Notes: generated by a model from the sequence alone, not told the origin. 64,000 nucleotides of DNA from Malacoraja senta (GCA_038087875.1 JAXLNO010001394.1:1-64000), one strand, 5' to 3'. Shown: positions 25,441 through 37,750, counted from the first letter of the stretch. Numbers and translations: made by a program.

Positions 25441-28317
25441 CTAGGTCCATATCCCTGCCCTCTCCCCGTAGCCCCTTATCCCCTTGGCAGCTAAAAAAAC
25501 ATCTATTTTAGACTTAAATATATTTAATGTTTCTGCTTCCACTGCTCCCTGGGGCAGTGAATTCCATAAATTAACCACCCTCTGGGTGAAGAAGTTCTTC
25601 CTCATCTCAGTTTTAAAAGAGCCCCCTCTTATTCTACAACTATGTCCCCTAGTTCTAGTTTCCCCGATCATTGGGAACATCCTCGGTGCATCCACCCGAT
25701 CAAGGCCCCTCACGATCTTATATGTTTCAATGAGATCGCCTCTCATTCTTCTAAACTCCAAAGAGTAGAGTTCCAGCCTACTTAACCTTTCCTCATATGT
25801 CAATCCCCTCATTGCAGGAATTAATCTTGTAAACCTTCGCTGCACTGCCTCCAGGGCCAGTACATCCTTTCTTAAGTATGGACCCCAGAACTGTGCACAG
25901 TATTCCAAATGTGGTCTCACTAATACTGTGTACAGCTGCAGCAAGACCTCCGTGTTTTTATACTCAATCCCCCTAGCAATAAAGGCCAAAACTCCATTGG
26001 CCTTCCTGATTGCTTGCTGCACCTGCATACTAACTTTTAGTGATTCATGTACTACTACCCCTAGATCCCTTTGCGTTGCATTACAACGCAGCTCCACCTC
26101 ATTTAGAAAATAACTTGCCCTATCATTTTTTTTCCCAAAGTGAATGACTTCACATTTATTAGTATTAAATTTCATCTGCCAAGTTGTTGCCCACTCACCT
26201 AGCTTATCTATATCCTTTTGCAGACTCTTCCTATCCTCCTCATCCCCTACTTTTCCTCCCATTTTTGTATCGTCCGCAAATTTTGATATATTACACTTGG
26301 TTCCCTCCTCCAAATCATTTATATAAATTGTGAACAACTGGGGTCCCAGCACCGACCCTTGCGGAACCCCGCTAGTTACCGGTTGCCATCCCGAGTATGA
26401 ACCATTTATCCCCACTCTCTGCTTCCTATTTGTTAGCCAATCCTCTACCCATGCTAATATATTACCCCCAATCCCATAATTTTTTATTTTTAGCAATAGT
26501 CTCTTATGTGGCACCTTGTCAAAAGCCTTTTGGAAGTCCAAGTATACCACATCCACCGGTTCCCCTTTATCCACCCGGGTTGTTACTTCCTCAAAGAATT
26601 CGAGCAGATTCGTTAAACAGGACTTCCCCTTCACAAAACCATGCTGGTTCTGTCCGATGAAGTCATGTTTATCCAAGTGCCCCGTTAGTGTTTCTTTAAT
26701 AATTGTCTCTAACATTTTACCCACCACCGATGTTAGACTAACCGGTCTATAGTTACCCGCCTTCTGTTTACTTCCTTTTTTAAATATAGGTGTTACATTG
26801 GCCATTTTCCAATCCACTGGGACCGTTCCTGCCTCCAGGGAGTTTTGGAAAATTATCACCAATGCATCCACAATCCCCACCGCTATCTCCCTCAAGACCC
26901 TTGGATGTAATCCATCAGGCCCAGGGGATTTATCCTCCTTCAGTCTCATTAATTTCCCTAATACCACCTCCTTGGTGATCTTAATAGTATTTAGCTCCTC
27001 CATTCCTACCGCCCCCTGTTTATCCAGCGTTGGGATATTTTTTGTGTCTTCTATGGTGAAGACTGATACAAAATACTCGTTTAATGCCTTTGCCATTTCC
27101 ATGTTCCCCACCAACAACTCTCCAGTCTCACCCTCCAATGGACCAACGTTCACCTTAGCCACCCTTTTTCTTTTTATATAGCTATAAAAACTCTTACTAT
27201 TAGTTTTTATGTTGTTCGCTAAATTCCTTTCATAGTCTATTTTCCCCGTCTTAATTAATCTCTTAGTTATTTTTTGCTGACCTTTAAATGCTTCCCAATC
27301 CTCTACCCTCCCACTATCTCTAGCTACCTTATATGCCCTTGCCTTCAGCCGAATACTATCCTTTATAGTTTTACTGAGCCATGGCTGACTGTTCTTTCCC
27401 TTACCCCTTTTTTTCTTCATAGGAATAAATTTTTCTTGAAGGTTATACAGTAGATCCTTAAACGTACACCACTGCTCATGTACCGTCTTATTCTTGAGTC
27501 TGCTATCCCAGTCAACTTTGATCAGCTCAGTCCTCATACCTTCATAATCCCCCTTATTTAGACTAAGTACCCTAGCCTGAGTTTCAACCTGCTCCCCTTC
27601 TATTTGAATATGGAATTCGACCATATTGTGGTCACTTGTTCCCAACGAGTCCCTAACTATGACATTTTTAATTAATCCTGCTTCATTACACAGGACCAGA
27701 TCCAAGATTGCCTCCCTCCTTGTCGGTTCTGTGACATACTGTTCTAGGAACCCGTCTCTAATACATTCTATAAACTCTTCCTCTAGTCTACCCTGCCCAG
27801 TTTGGTTTGCCCAATTAATATGAAAATTGAAGTCCCCCATGATTACAGCAGTTCCCTTTTTACATGCGTCAACTATTTGCAGATTTATGTTCTGACTAAC
27901 AGCGTCACAGCTATTTGGAGGTCTATAAATTACACCCACTAGTGTTTTTTTCCCCTTGTTATTCTCTATCTGTACCCAAGCTGTTTCACTATCCTGATCC
28001 TTCAACGCAATATCCTTCCTCTCTATTGCCGTTATTCCCTCCCTTATTAAAAGGGCCACCCCTCCTCCCTTTCTTTCCTGTCTATCTTTTCTAATTGTCG
28101 AGTACCCCTCTATATTTAACTCCCAATCCTGATCCCCTTGCAGCCATGTCTCCGTAATGGCCACGATATCATAACTATATGTACTTAATTGCACCGTTAA
28201 TTCATTTATCTTATTTCGAATACTCCGTGCATTTAGATACAGCACTTTCAGATGATTTTTACTACCCTTCCTTTCTGTTTTTGCCCCTTTTACATCTAGA
28301 GCTTTATCTTCACACAT
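25441..28317 (-). CDS. CR1-D ORF2: AP endonuclease plus reverse transcriptase (958 aa)
   Basis: APE motifs YLNARS, ETW, YRPP, GDFN and SDH; RT motifs [27 protein letters not shown] and FADD. No stops or frameshifts. Confidence 0.95.
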   Translation of the reverse strand: MCEDKALDVKGAKTERKGSKNHLKVLYLNARSIRNKINELTVQLSTYSYDIVAITETWLQGDQDWELNIEGYSTIRKDRQERKGGGVALLIREGITAIERKDIALKDQDSETAWVQIENNKGKKTLVGVIYRPPNSCDAVSQNINLQIVDACKKGTAVIMGDFNFHINWANQTGQGRLEEEFIECIRDGFLEQYVTEPTRREAILDLVLCNEAGLIKNVIVRDSLGTSDHNMVEFHIQIEGEQVETQARVLSLNKGDYEGMRTELIKVDWDSRLKNKTVHEQWCTFKDLLYNLQEKFIPMKKKRGKGKNSQPWLSKTIKDSIRLKARAYKVARDSGRVEDWEAFKGQQKITKRLIKTGKIDYERNLANNIKTNSKSFYSYIKRKRVAKVNVGPLEGETGELLVGNMEMAKALNEYFVSVFTIEDTKNIPTLDKQGAVGMEELNTIKITKEVVLGKLMRLKEDKSPGPDGLHPRVLREIAVGIVDALVIIFQNSLEAGTVPVDWKMANVTPIFKKGSKQKAGNYRPVSLTSVVGKMLETIIKETLTGHLDKHDFIGQNQHGFVKGKSCLTNLLEFFEEVTTRVDKGEPVDVVYLDFQKAFDKVPHKRLLLKIKNYGIGGNILAWVEDWLTNRKQRVGINGSYSGWQPVTSGVPQGSVLGPQLFTIYINDLEEGTKCNISKFADDTKMGGKVGDEEDRKSLQKDIDKLGEWATTWQMKFNTNKCEVIHFGKKNDRASYFLNEVELRCNATQRDLGVVVHESLKVSMQVQQAIRKANGVLAFIARGIEYKNTEVLLQLYTVLVRPHLEYCAQFWGPYLRKDVLALEAVQRRFTRLIPAMRGLTYEERLSRLELYSLEFRRMRGDLIETYKIVRGLDRVDAPRMFPMIGETRTRGHSCRIRGGSFKTEMRKNFFTQRVVNLWNSLPQGAVEAETLNIFKSKIDVFLAAKGIRGYGERAGIWT

Positions 28318-28424
28318 TCTGGATCCTCCTGTCGCATTTTGATTTTCCGTTTCCCCACTGATACCCTGCTCTATTTCCTCTACCCCTGCCGTTATTACCC
28401 CCCTTGATACCTCCCCCCCGCTAC

Positions 28425-29387
28425 TTAGTTTAAAGACCTCTCTACTGCCCTAGTTATATGATTTGCCAGGACCCCAGTCCCAGCACCGTTCAGGTGAAGT
28501 CCGTCCTTACAGAACAGATCCCCCCTGTCCCAGTACTGGTGCCAGTGGCCCAAGAAACCAAACCCATTTTTCCCACACCAGTCTTTGAGCCACGCATTCA
28601 GCTTTTTAATTTTTCGTACCCTCGCCGATTTGGCCCGTGGCTCAGGTAGCAATCCGGAGATCAGTACCCTCGAGGTTCTGCTTTTTAATTTATTCCCTAA
28701 CTGCTCAAACTCGTTCAGCAGATCCTCCTTCCTCGTCCTTCCTATGTCATTGGTCCCCACATGGACCACGACCACTGGATCCTCCCCCTCACTCTGCAAA
28801 TTTCTCTCCAGCATCGCAGAGATATCCTTAACCCTAGCACCGGGTAGGCAACACAGCCTTCGGGACATGTTCTGCTGGCCGCAGAGAACCTTATCTACCC
28901 CCCGAATAATACTATCCCCTATCACCACGGCATTTCTTCTAACTCCCCCCTCTTGAATGGCCCCCTGATCCACGGTGCTGCAGCCAGGTTGCTCATCCCT
29001 CCCACAGCCCCTGATCCCGTCCTCACATTGAGTAAGAGCCTCGGTCATGCTCGTCAGGGACAAGGGCTGTGGCTCCTGCCGCATCTCCTCCTGGTTCCCC
29101 CTACCTGCCTCGCTTATGGCCACACCTTCCTTTCCCTGCTCACTAACTACTGAATTAGTTAAACTGGTCGGTGTGACCATCCCCTGGCACAAAACATCCA
29201 GGTAATACTCCCCCTCCCTGATGCACCGCAGCGTATGAAGTTGGGTCTCCAGCTCATCAATGCGGAGCTCGAGTTCCGCTAGCTTCAAACACTTACTGCA
29301 GCTGTAGGGATCATCTACACCATCTACATCAATGGTGTCGACAAATTCCCACATCTCACAGTATTGGCACATCTCCTGGCCGCCCAT
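28425..29387 (-). CDS. CR1-D ORF1: Cys-finger, coiled coil and SGNH esterase (320 aa)
   Basis: CQYC..CSKC, heptad LELRIDELETQL, and esterase blocks IGDSI, HVGTND and DGLHLN. Confidence 0.92.
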   Translation of the reverse strand: MGGQEMCQYCEMWEFVDTIDVDGVDDPYSCSKCLKLAELELRIDELETQLHTLRCIREGEYYLDVLCQGMVTPTSLTNSVVSEQGKEGVAISEAGRGNQEEMRQEPQPLSLTSMTEALTQCEDGIRGCGRDEQPGCSTVDQGAIQEGGVRRNAVVIGDSIIRGVDKVLCGQQNMSRRLCCLPGARVKDISAMLERNLQSEGEDPVVVVHVGTNDIGRTRKEDLLNEFEQLGNKLKSRTSRVLISGLLPEPRAKSARVRKIKKLNAWLKDWCGKNGFGFLGHWHQYWDRGDLFCKDGLHLNGAGTGVLANHITRAVERSLN

Positions 29388-31320
29388 CTTATATAAGTAA
29401 TTAACTGGTCCTATTAAGAATCCCCTACCCGGATTACTGTATTAAAACACCCCTTATTTATATAATCCTACCTCCTATAAATGGGAAAGTACTTACCCCA
29501 GCCGTAAATTACCTACTGGGTAATGGGAATGGCATGGGAGAGATGTCGATCTCTCCCATGCCTTTCATCCGCAGTACATTTAAAATGTGGAAGTATGTGC
29601 TACTCACGTGCAGTCGATGCTGCTTCAAGCCATCGGTGTCAACGGTGTATAAAGGCAGCTGAAATTCTGCCTTTACACCGTGGACTGCGTGCATGTGCAG
29701 CGTAAGTTTCTTGGCGGGTTTTTCAAAGATGGATAGTGATTATCTTAAGAGTTTCTCTAAGCAATCTTATGAGGAAAAGACCAAAATCATTAAAAATGGC
29801 AGACCAAAGCCAGAAAAAGAACTTCAACAGCGCAAAGGAACACAAATAATTAGAACATTTAAAACAGCTTGGTACAACAGGAAAGAGTGGCTATGCAATT
29901 GTATTTCAACAAATAGAATGTGGTAAGTCAATTTATTTGAGCTATATGTTTTTAAATACTTTAGAAGACAAATTACTTTATAAAAGTCGAAAGAACAATT
30001 TGCGCATGCGCGGTTTTCAAGATTTTTTTTGAAAGCCAACTGACCAAAGATACTGACTGCCTATCCTGACTAATTACTCACGGCACGTGCCTGATGCCTA
30101 CTCAGGTGTAGGGGCACCTGATAGGTATGTTTCAATCGGCCAGCATAGATGAGCTCACAAAACAGGCCGACATTGTCATGGAGACAATCCCTGCACTGCA
30201 GATGACTGTGGTTAATGCAACAACAGTAAAACTGGAAAATGCACAGCAGGAACAGCAAATTGCAGTGCTCACTGCGCAAGTCGAGGCTTTGGCAGCCCAG
30301 CAGAACCATCCCCGTTTCAGGTTTAACGCAAACTTTGGGGGTCAAGGACGGGGTCGAGGCGACGCCCAACGCATTTGCTGGAAACACCGGAAATATGGTG
30401 CAGCGGCCCGGTCGTGTAAACCTCCTTGCTCCTTCTACAAACATCAACACCCGGGAAACGACAAGGCCCGGCAGTAGAGGCGACTGCTGCCAGTGGACAA
30501 ACTAGCCACCGCCTTTTTCTCAGTGACTGCCTTTCGGGTATGCACTATCTCATTGTCTCCGGCGCCGAGTTATCAGTCATTCCTCCCAGTTCCCAAGAGC
30601 GTTTTCACCCTAAGCCCAATACAAACAATTCTAGCATACAGACATTTGGTCAGAAATCAGTCACGCTCGACTGCAAAAAATGATTGTCGCAGTCGTGTCA
30701 AAACCCATTATCGGAGCGGATTTTCTTTCACACTTTTCTTTGCAGGTGGATTAATGCCCGACGTTGGTGACATTGGATTATGGGCGAAGACTACCATGTC
30801 AACAATCCAAGAACTCCAGGCACTCCAGAACTAGGACCCCTTTCTGTGAGGTTCCTGTACCGAACACTTGTTTCGAGCAAGTGCACCTAGGGCGGCCCAC
30901 TCCCACCATCAAGAAACCACACATATCTGCTCACTTGTGAAGACAAGTGAGTAGATAATCACAAGATGGCAAGATGCTATCCCAGTCATCAACATTTCAG
31001 TGGAAGCAATAGCCCACGCTTTTGTTGACCGATAGATTTCGGACTTTGGGGTACCAAGTACGAACACAACAGACCGAGGACCGCAATTCGAGTCTGCGCT
31101 GTTTCAAACACTAACCAACCTCTTGGGTATGAACCGAATTCGAACGACTGCGTATCATCCACAAGCGAACGGCCTAATTGAACGGCTCCATCGGCAGTTG
31201 AAGGCCGCTCTGGCAGCCGGAGGAGAAGCGTCAAACTGGAGTGAACGGTTGCCTCTGGTTCTGCTTGGCATTCGTACGGGGGTGAAAGCAGATCTAAGAT
31301 GTTCGTTGACAGAAATGGAT

Positions 31321-31567
31321 TAGAAACATAGAAACATAGAAAATAGGTGCAGGAGTAGGCCATTCGGCCCTTTGAGCCTGCACCGCCATTCAATATGATC
31401 ATGGCTGATCATCCAACTCAGTATCCCGTACCTGCCTTCTCTCCATACCCCCTGATCCCCTTAGCCACAAGGGCCACATCTAACTCCCTCTTAAATATAG
31501 CCAATGAACTGGCCTCAACTACCTTCTGTGCCAGAGAATTCCAGAGATTCACCACTCTCTGTGTGAC
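31321..31567 (-). mobile_element. CR1 3' fragment (CR1-C-like)
   Basis: An (agaaacat)n tail and QRVVNLWNSL..GYGEKAGTGY, nearly identical to 23030-23240. Confidence 0.85.
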
Positions 31568-33500
31568 ATTGGAACAACGGCCGCATGATGGCGGCCGCTG
31601 ACGGGACGAATCGGTGGTAGAAATTGACCATTCTGATGAATTCCTGCACGCCCTTGACGGATAGTGGCCTCGAGAAATGACGGATTGCGTCGACCTTTTC
31701 AGGCACCGGTTGTGCACTTTGGCAGGTTACCCTGTGACCTAAAAAGGAGATGGAGCGCAATCCGAACTGGCACTTCGCGGGGTTGATCACCAACCCGTGC
31801 TTACGCAGCCGTTCGAAGAGCAGGTGGAGGTGCCTAACATGTTCAGCCTGCGAGCTGCTGGCCACCAGAATATCATCGAGATAGATGAATATAAATCCCG
31901 CCCGACCTGATCCATTAACCTTTGGAAGGCTTGAGCGACGTTCTTCAGGCCAAAAGGCATTCGTAGCCATTCGAAAAGGCCGAAAGGGGTGATGGTGGCC
32001 GTCTTAGGGACATCGTCGGGATGGACCGGGATCTGATTATACCCACGGACCCAGTCGACCTTCGAGAAGAAGGTAGCACCCTCCAAATGAGCTGAGAAAT
32101 CGTGGATGTTCAGGACTGGGAACCGATCTGTGGTTACCGCATTTAGACACCTGCAATCACCACAAGGTCTCCATCCCCTGGACGCTTTGGGCACCATGTG
32201 CAGCGGGGAAGCCCAAGGGCTATCCGACCGCCGGACACTCCCCATGTCTTCCATAAGCTGGAACTCGTCTCGTGCGATGCGCAGTTTATCGGGTGGGAGG
32301 TGGCGCGCGTGAGCGTGAACTGGTGGGCCCTCGGTGGGGATGTGATGGACCATGCCATGACAGGGCACGGCCCCGTCGAACCGGGGCCTGAGCAACCCTG
32401 GGAATTCAGTGAGAAGGGCTGCGAAAGGTTGCTGGATCTCAGCTACCTCGTCGAGTTGCTGTTGGGGCGTGAACGGATTACGCGGCTTGGCAGGGCACAG
32501 GTCCGACGACAGAACCATTCGCCCAACCCGCACATCGACTAGCAGGGAGAAAGCGCGCAAGAAATCGGCCCCCAATATCGGCTGGGCGACGTCAGCAACG
32601 GTGAACTTCCACATATATGGGTGGGAATCGAAAGTTAAGTCCAGGGTCCGCTCACCGTAAGTTTGAATGTCGCTCCCGTTAACGGCTGAGAGGACGGGTC
32701 CTACCTTACTGACGCGGGTATCTCGGGCGGTCGGTGGCAGGATGCTGGTTATGGCACCGGAGTCGATCAGGAAACGGTGGCCGGAGTGGCGATCATGGAC
32801 GTAGAGGCGTTCGTTCAGTCCGGCATCTGCTCCAAGAACGCCTGTTCGAATAGCAGACATGGGCGATGCCCGTCCATCAGGGATAGCATCTTCGCCATGA
32901 TTGTGGATGGACGCCGATCGCCGACACTGTTCATGTGCAGGATCTTCGACGCCCTGTCTCTACGGCTGAGACGAAAGGTATGTAACAGCAGGGCCTTTTA
33001 CTTTGCGATCGTCGGCGGGTCTCTGATATACGGCAGCAGCCTCGAGGCACAGTCCTGTGGCAGAGCTCCCACCACGTGAAAATACATTGTATCGTCCGTT
33101 ATTATTCTATGCAGATGGAACTGTGCCTCTACGTGGGCGAACCACACCTGAGGTTGATCTGGCCAAAAGGAAGGTAGCTTGAAGCCCGGTGAGCCTTGCC
33201 TCGTGCCGGCCGATTCTGCGGGGACGTAGTCCTCCTACATGATCTCTTGTCTATCGACGGCTAGACAGGTCGGGGTCACAAATTTAGCGGAGGCAGAAAC
33301 GACAACCAAGTTTTCTGAACGGTTTTATTTACACAATCGCTCCTTGGCAAACAGGTCTCTGCAAACACGTCTGATCACAACGGTGGTCAGCAAAACAACT
33401 GTGGCGCGAAAGCGAAACCGTGCGAAAACAGCAGCCCCTCCCGAGTCACGTGACCGCAGCTTCCGAACGCCGGGTTCCAATGAAGGCCAAAATGTTCTTT
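31568..33500 (-). mobile_element. Gypsy-type LTR retrotransposon 2 (truncated; LTR/PBS, gag remnant, protease, RT)
   Basis: ORF 31787-32860(-) has the protease FLIDSGA and RT SPWASPLH..DWVRGYNQI..TPFGLFEW..MPFGL. A frameshift leads to IYLDDILVAS (31515-31970), and a PBS-like sequence (reverse complement of ggggtcaca) lies at about 33272-33280. Confidence 0.88.
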
Positions 33501-33613
33501 GCATTTTTAAATGCTTTTTTGAGCTGCCTGCTAACAGTTTGTGATTCATACACTGGAACACCTTGATCACTCTGAACTTCATTTATTTGTAGTCTCTACC
33601 CATTTAGATTATA

Positions 33614-34550
33614 GGTAGACAAAAATGCAGGAGAAACTCAATGGGTGAGGCAGCATCTATGGAGCGAAGGAAATAGGCAACGTTTCGGGTCGAAACCCTT
33701 CTTCAGACTGATGATGAGGGTGGGGGGGGGGGCAGGAAGAAGAAAGGAAGAGGAGGAGCCAGTGGGCTGAGGGAGAGCTGAGAAGGGGAGGAGAAAGTAA
33801 GGGCTACCTGAAATTAGAGAAATCAATGTTCATACCGCTGGTGTGCGAACTGCCCAAGCGAAATATGAGGTTCTGCTCCTCCAATTTGCGGTGGTCCTCA
33901 CTCTGGCAATGGAGGCCGAGGATAGAAAGGTTGGATTCAGAATGGGAGGGGGAGTTGAAGTGCTGAGCCACCGAGAGATCAGGTTGGTTATTGCGAACTG
34001 AGCGGAGGTGTTCGGCGAAGTGATCGCCAAGCCTACACTTGGTATCACCGATGTAGAGCAGCTGACATCTAGAGCAGCGGATGCAATAGATGAGGTTGGA
34101 GGAGGTGCAGGTGAACCTCTGCCACACCTGGAAAGACTGCTTGGGTCCCTGAGTGGAGTCAAGGGGGGAGGTAAAGCGACAAGTGTAGCATTTCTTGCGG
34201 TGCCATGGGAAAGTGCCCGGACAGGGGGTGGTTTGGGTGGGAATGGACGAATTGACCAGTGAGCAGCACCTCATATTTCGCTTGGGCAGTTTGCACCCCA
34301 GCGGTATGAACATTGACTTTTCTAATTTCAGGTAGTCCTTACTTTCTCCTCCCCTTCTCAGCTCTCCCTCAGCCCATTGGCTCCTCCTCTTCATTTCTTC
34401 TTCCCGCCCCCACCCTCACATCAGTCTGAAGAAGGGTTTCGGCCCAAAATGTTGCCTATTTCCTTCGCTCCATAGATGCTGCCTCACCCGCTGAGTTTCT
34501 CCAGCATTTTTGTCTACCTTCGATTTTCCAGCATCTGCAGTTCCTCTTAA
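33614..34550 (-). mobile_element. Penelope-like element 3' part (GIY-YIG endonuclease) with an inverted terminal arm and 14-bp TSD
   Basis: ORF 33804-34394(-) contains CYTC..NLIYCIRCSRCQLLYIG..RL..EH..HFN. Positions 33614-33890 and 34261-34518 are inverted copies. TSD CCATTTAGATTATA at 33600-33613 and 34551-34564. Confidence 0.9.
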
Positions 34551-34599
34551 CCATTTAGATTATAATCTGCTTTGTGATTACTTTTACAAAGGTGCATGT

Positions 34600-37500
34600 C
34601 CTTATACTTCCTCACAAAACTCAATTTTCCACTCTTTTATCCACTTGGTCAATCTATCTGTATCCAATTGCAGAATCAGAGCATGCCCCTCCATCTATTT
34701 CTATATCATTGGCAAATTTAGAACCCTTACATTTAGTTCTTTCTCCATCGTCATTAATGTAAATATTCCACAATTATGGAGCAAGAACCGACCCTGCAGC
34801 ATCTCACTAGTTACTTCCTTCCAGTCTGAAAAAAGATACATTTATTCTAACTCTTTGTTTAATTCCGACAACTTTATTCTAACAACTTTCTCTGATGTTA
34901 CGGGCTTTTAATTTATGCCTCAGCCTTTTATGGCACCTTGTCAAATGCCTTTTGGCAATCCACTGGTTCTCTATCAACTCTCTCCTGTCAATACCCAAAT
35001 AATTCAAGCACATTTATCAATTATAATTTATTTTTCATAAAACTATTTTGACTATATTTAATTAGTCATATTAGAGTCTTAAAGTCATATGTATGGAAAC
35101 AGGCCCTTTGGTCCAACTTATTCATGTTGATCAAGATGCCCCACCTACGCTTGTTCCATGTGCCAATATTAGCCCACATTCCTCTGAACTCACCCTATCC
35201 ATTGTACCCATCAGAGTGTCTATAAAATGCTGTATAGTAACTGCCTCAACTACTTCCTCTGACAGATCATTCCACATACCCACCACCCTCTGAATGAAAA
35301 TGTTGCCCCTCAGGTTCCTCTTGCTCCTCTCAACTTAAACCAATGTCCCCTGGTTTTTGATTCCCCTCCCCCCCCCCCGGGTTAACAAAATCTTCGCATT
35401 CACTCATCTATTCCCCTTATGATTTTATACATCTCTATAAGATTACCCCTCAACTTCCTGTCCTCCAAAGAATAAAGTCCTAGCCTGCCCAACCTCTCCC
35501 TGTAGCTCAACCCCTCAAGTTTGGGAAGATCCTCCTAAATCCTCCTGCACTGTTTAATGGCATCGTTCCTATACAAGGTGACCAAAACTGAACAGTATAC
35601 CAAATGTGATCTCACCAATCTTATGTAGAACTGTAATGTAATGTCCCAACTTCTATACTCAATATCCTGACTGATGAAGGCCAATGTACCAAAAGCCTTG
35701 TTTACTAACCTTTCTACCTGTGATAGACACAACAAGCTGGAGACACTCAGCGGGACAGCCAGCATCTCTGGAGAGAAGGAATGGGTGATGTTTTTGGTCG
35801 AGTTTCAGGGAGTTATGTGCATGTAATCCTAGATCCCTCTGCTCACTCAACACTCCCAGGGTAGTACCCTGCCAGCTTTACCAAATATTTATCAATGTTT
35901 CTCTTTTGATTATTTTCTATAGCGTCCTATTTTTCTATAGCGTCCTACCAATAATAACTCTTAAACCAACTGGCGTAATTCCCCAACTTTTGTTTTTTGA
36001 ACAAGAGAGTTACATTTGCTGTTTCCTAATCTTCTGGTACCCTCCCAGAGTTTATCAATTTATAAAAAGTTTCAACCAATGGATTTCCCATCTCTGCACT
36101 CACTTCCTTTGAACCCCCAGCATGCAGTCTGCTTGTTCCTCATTAGTGATCTGCCTTTAGCCCTTCATGTCCTCTAATACTTTATCACTTGCGATTGGTA
36201 TTTTTGTATGTTCTACAGTGTTAGTTGAAATTAGACCATTTCCTATCTTAAGGATATTACCAATGTCTTTCATGGTTAACACTGTTGCAAAAATATATAT
36301 TTAATTTATGTGAATGCGAAGAATGTGAAGTGCCCAAGTGAAAATGTTGCCTCTCCGCTCCCTGCACATATGCTGCCTGACCCACTAAGATACCCCGGCT
36401 AAATAGTTTTACTCTATCGTCCTTACAATTTAGATGAATGAGGATTGAGCTTGTGCAAACATAGCAATGTTAAGGGGGCTTGAAAAGGGTAGATATTAGA
36501 ATATTTTCACCAGAGGAGACTTTTGAACAAGGGGGTATAACTACAAGATAAGGGGTCGGATGCAGCAGCAGCAAGGCCGGGACGAGCCTCGCAGCAACAG
36601 ATTGAAAAACTGGAGAACTCAACGGATGGGGAGCCATTCAGCTGCATGGACACGGAGGACAGTATCAGCAGCACCTTAATGGAGAAGGACATTACTATCT
36701 CCAGTGGACGCTCTACTCTAGTGCTGATAAATAGGCATGGAAGCTGTACTACTGGAAACAATATCGCTTACTACTCTAAAACTGAGGTACATCGAAATTT
36801 CCACTTACAGAGGGTGGTGAATATCTGGAATTCTCAGCCATGGTAGTTATAGAGTCATAGAGTGATACAGTATGGAAACAGGCCCTTCGGCCCAACTTGC
36901 CCACACCGGCCAACATGTCCCAGCTACCTGCCTGTGTTTGGTCCATATCTTTACAAACATGTCCTATCCATGTACTTGTCTAACTGTTTCTTAAACGTTG
37001 AGTTAGCCCCAGCCTCATCTACCTCCTCTGGCAGCTTGTTCCATACACCTACCACCATTTGTGTGAAAAAAGTTACCCCTCAGATTCCTATTAAATCTTT
37101 TCCCCTTTGTCCTTGAACCTACGTCCTCTGGTCCTCGATTCCCCTACTCTTGAGCAAGAGATTCTATGCATCTACATGATTTATTCCTCTCATGATTTTA
37201 TACACCTTTATAAGACCTCTCATCCTCCTATGCTCCAAGGAATAGTGACGCAGCCTACTTAACCTCTCCCTACAGCTCCTGGCAACATCCTCGTAAATCT
37301 TCTCTGAACCCTTTCAAGCTTGACAATATCTTTCCGAAAACATGGTGCCCAGAACTGAACACAATACTGTAAATGCGGTTTCATCAACATCTTATACAAC
37401 TGCAAAATGACCTAAATTCTATACTCAATACTCTGACTGATGAAGGCCAATGTGCCAAAAGCCTTTTTGACCACCTTATCTATCTGCGACTCGACATTCA

Positions 37501-37750
37501 AGGAACCATGCACCTGCACTCCTTGATTCCTCCGCTCTCCACCAGCCCCCAGAGGCCTACCATTCACTGTGTAGGTCCTGCCTTTGTTAGACGTCCCAAA
37601 ATCCGACACCTCCCATTTCTCTGTATTAAATTCCTCAGCCCACCTGGCCAATCGATCGAGATCCTGCTGCAATCTTTCATAACCATCTTCACTATCTGCA
37701 GAACCACATACTTTTATATAATCAGCAAACTTGCTAATCTTGCCCTTGTA
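34600..37750 (-). mobile_element. Cluster of degenerate CR1 fragments (mostly minus strand; best preserved 36850-37750)
   Basis: Repeated CR1 RT and 3' motifs such as VKKAFGTLAFISQ.IEY and QQDLDRL..WA, with an atagagtcatagag tail. Confidence 0.75.

Larger units (their letters stand above)
25107..29508 (-). mobile_element. CR1-D, full-length with both ORFs intact and an 8-bp TSD
   Basis: TSD TTACCTAC at 25099-25106 and 29509-29516, an (ATGTTTCT)n tail at the low-coordinate end, and uninterrupted ORF1 and ORF2. Confidence 0.93.
24993..30093 (+). mobile_element. hAT (Tip100/Zaphod-like) DNA transposon, internally deleted, 8-bp TSD
   Basis: TSD ATGCCTAC at 24985-24992 and 30094-30101. TIRs are CGGGCACGTG and CAGGCACGTG (reverse complement). 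A transposase N-terminal remnant GRPKP..RTFKTAWYNRKEWLC lies at about 29730-29925. Confidence 0.8.
24230..31320 (+). mobile_element. Gypsy-type LTR retrotransposon 1 (degenerate; gag split by a hAT insertion)
   Basis: PBS-like TGGTGACCCC at 24528-24537. The gag N-part starts at ATG 24571 (..EARF..VTSQRTKF..LGNRRP..), and the gag C-part at 30094-30477 has a CWKHRKYG..ARSCKPPC knuckle. A decayed protease lies at 30430-30680 and integrase [21 protein letters not shown] at 31123-31320. The 5' boundary is approximate. Confidence 0.85.
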
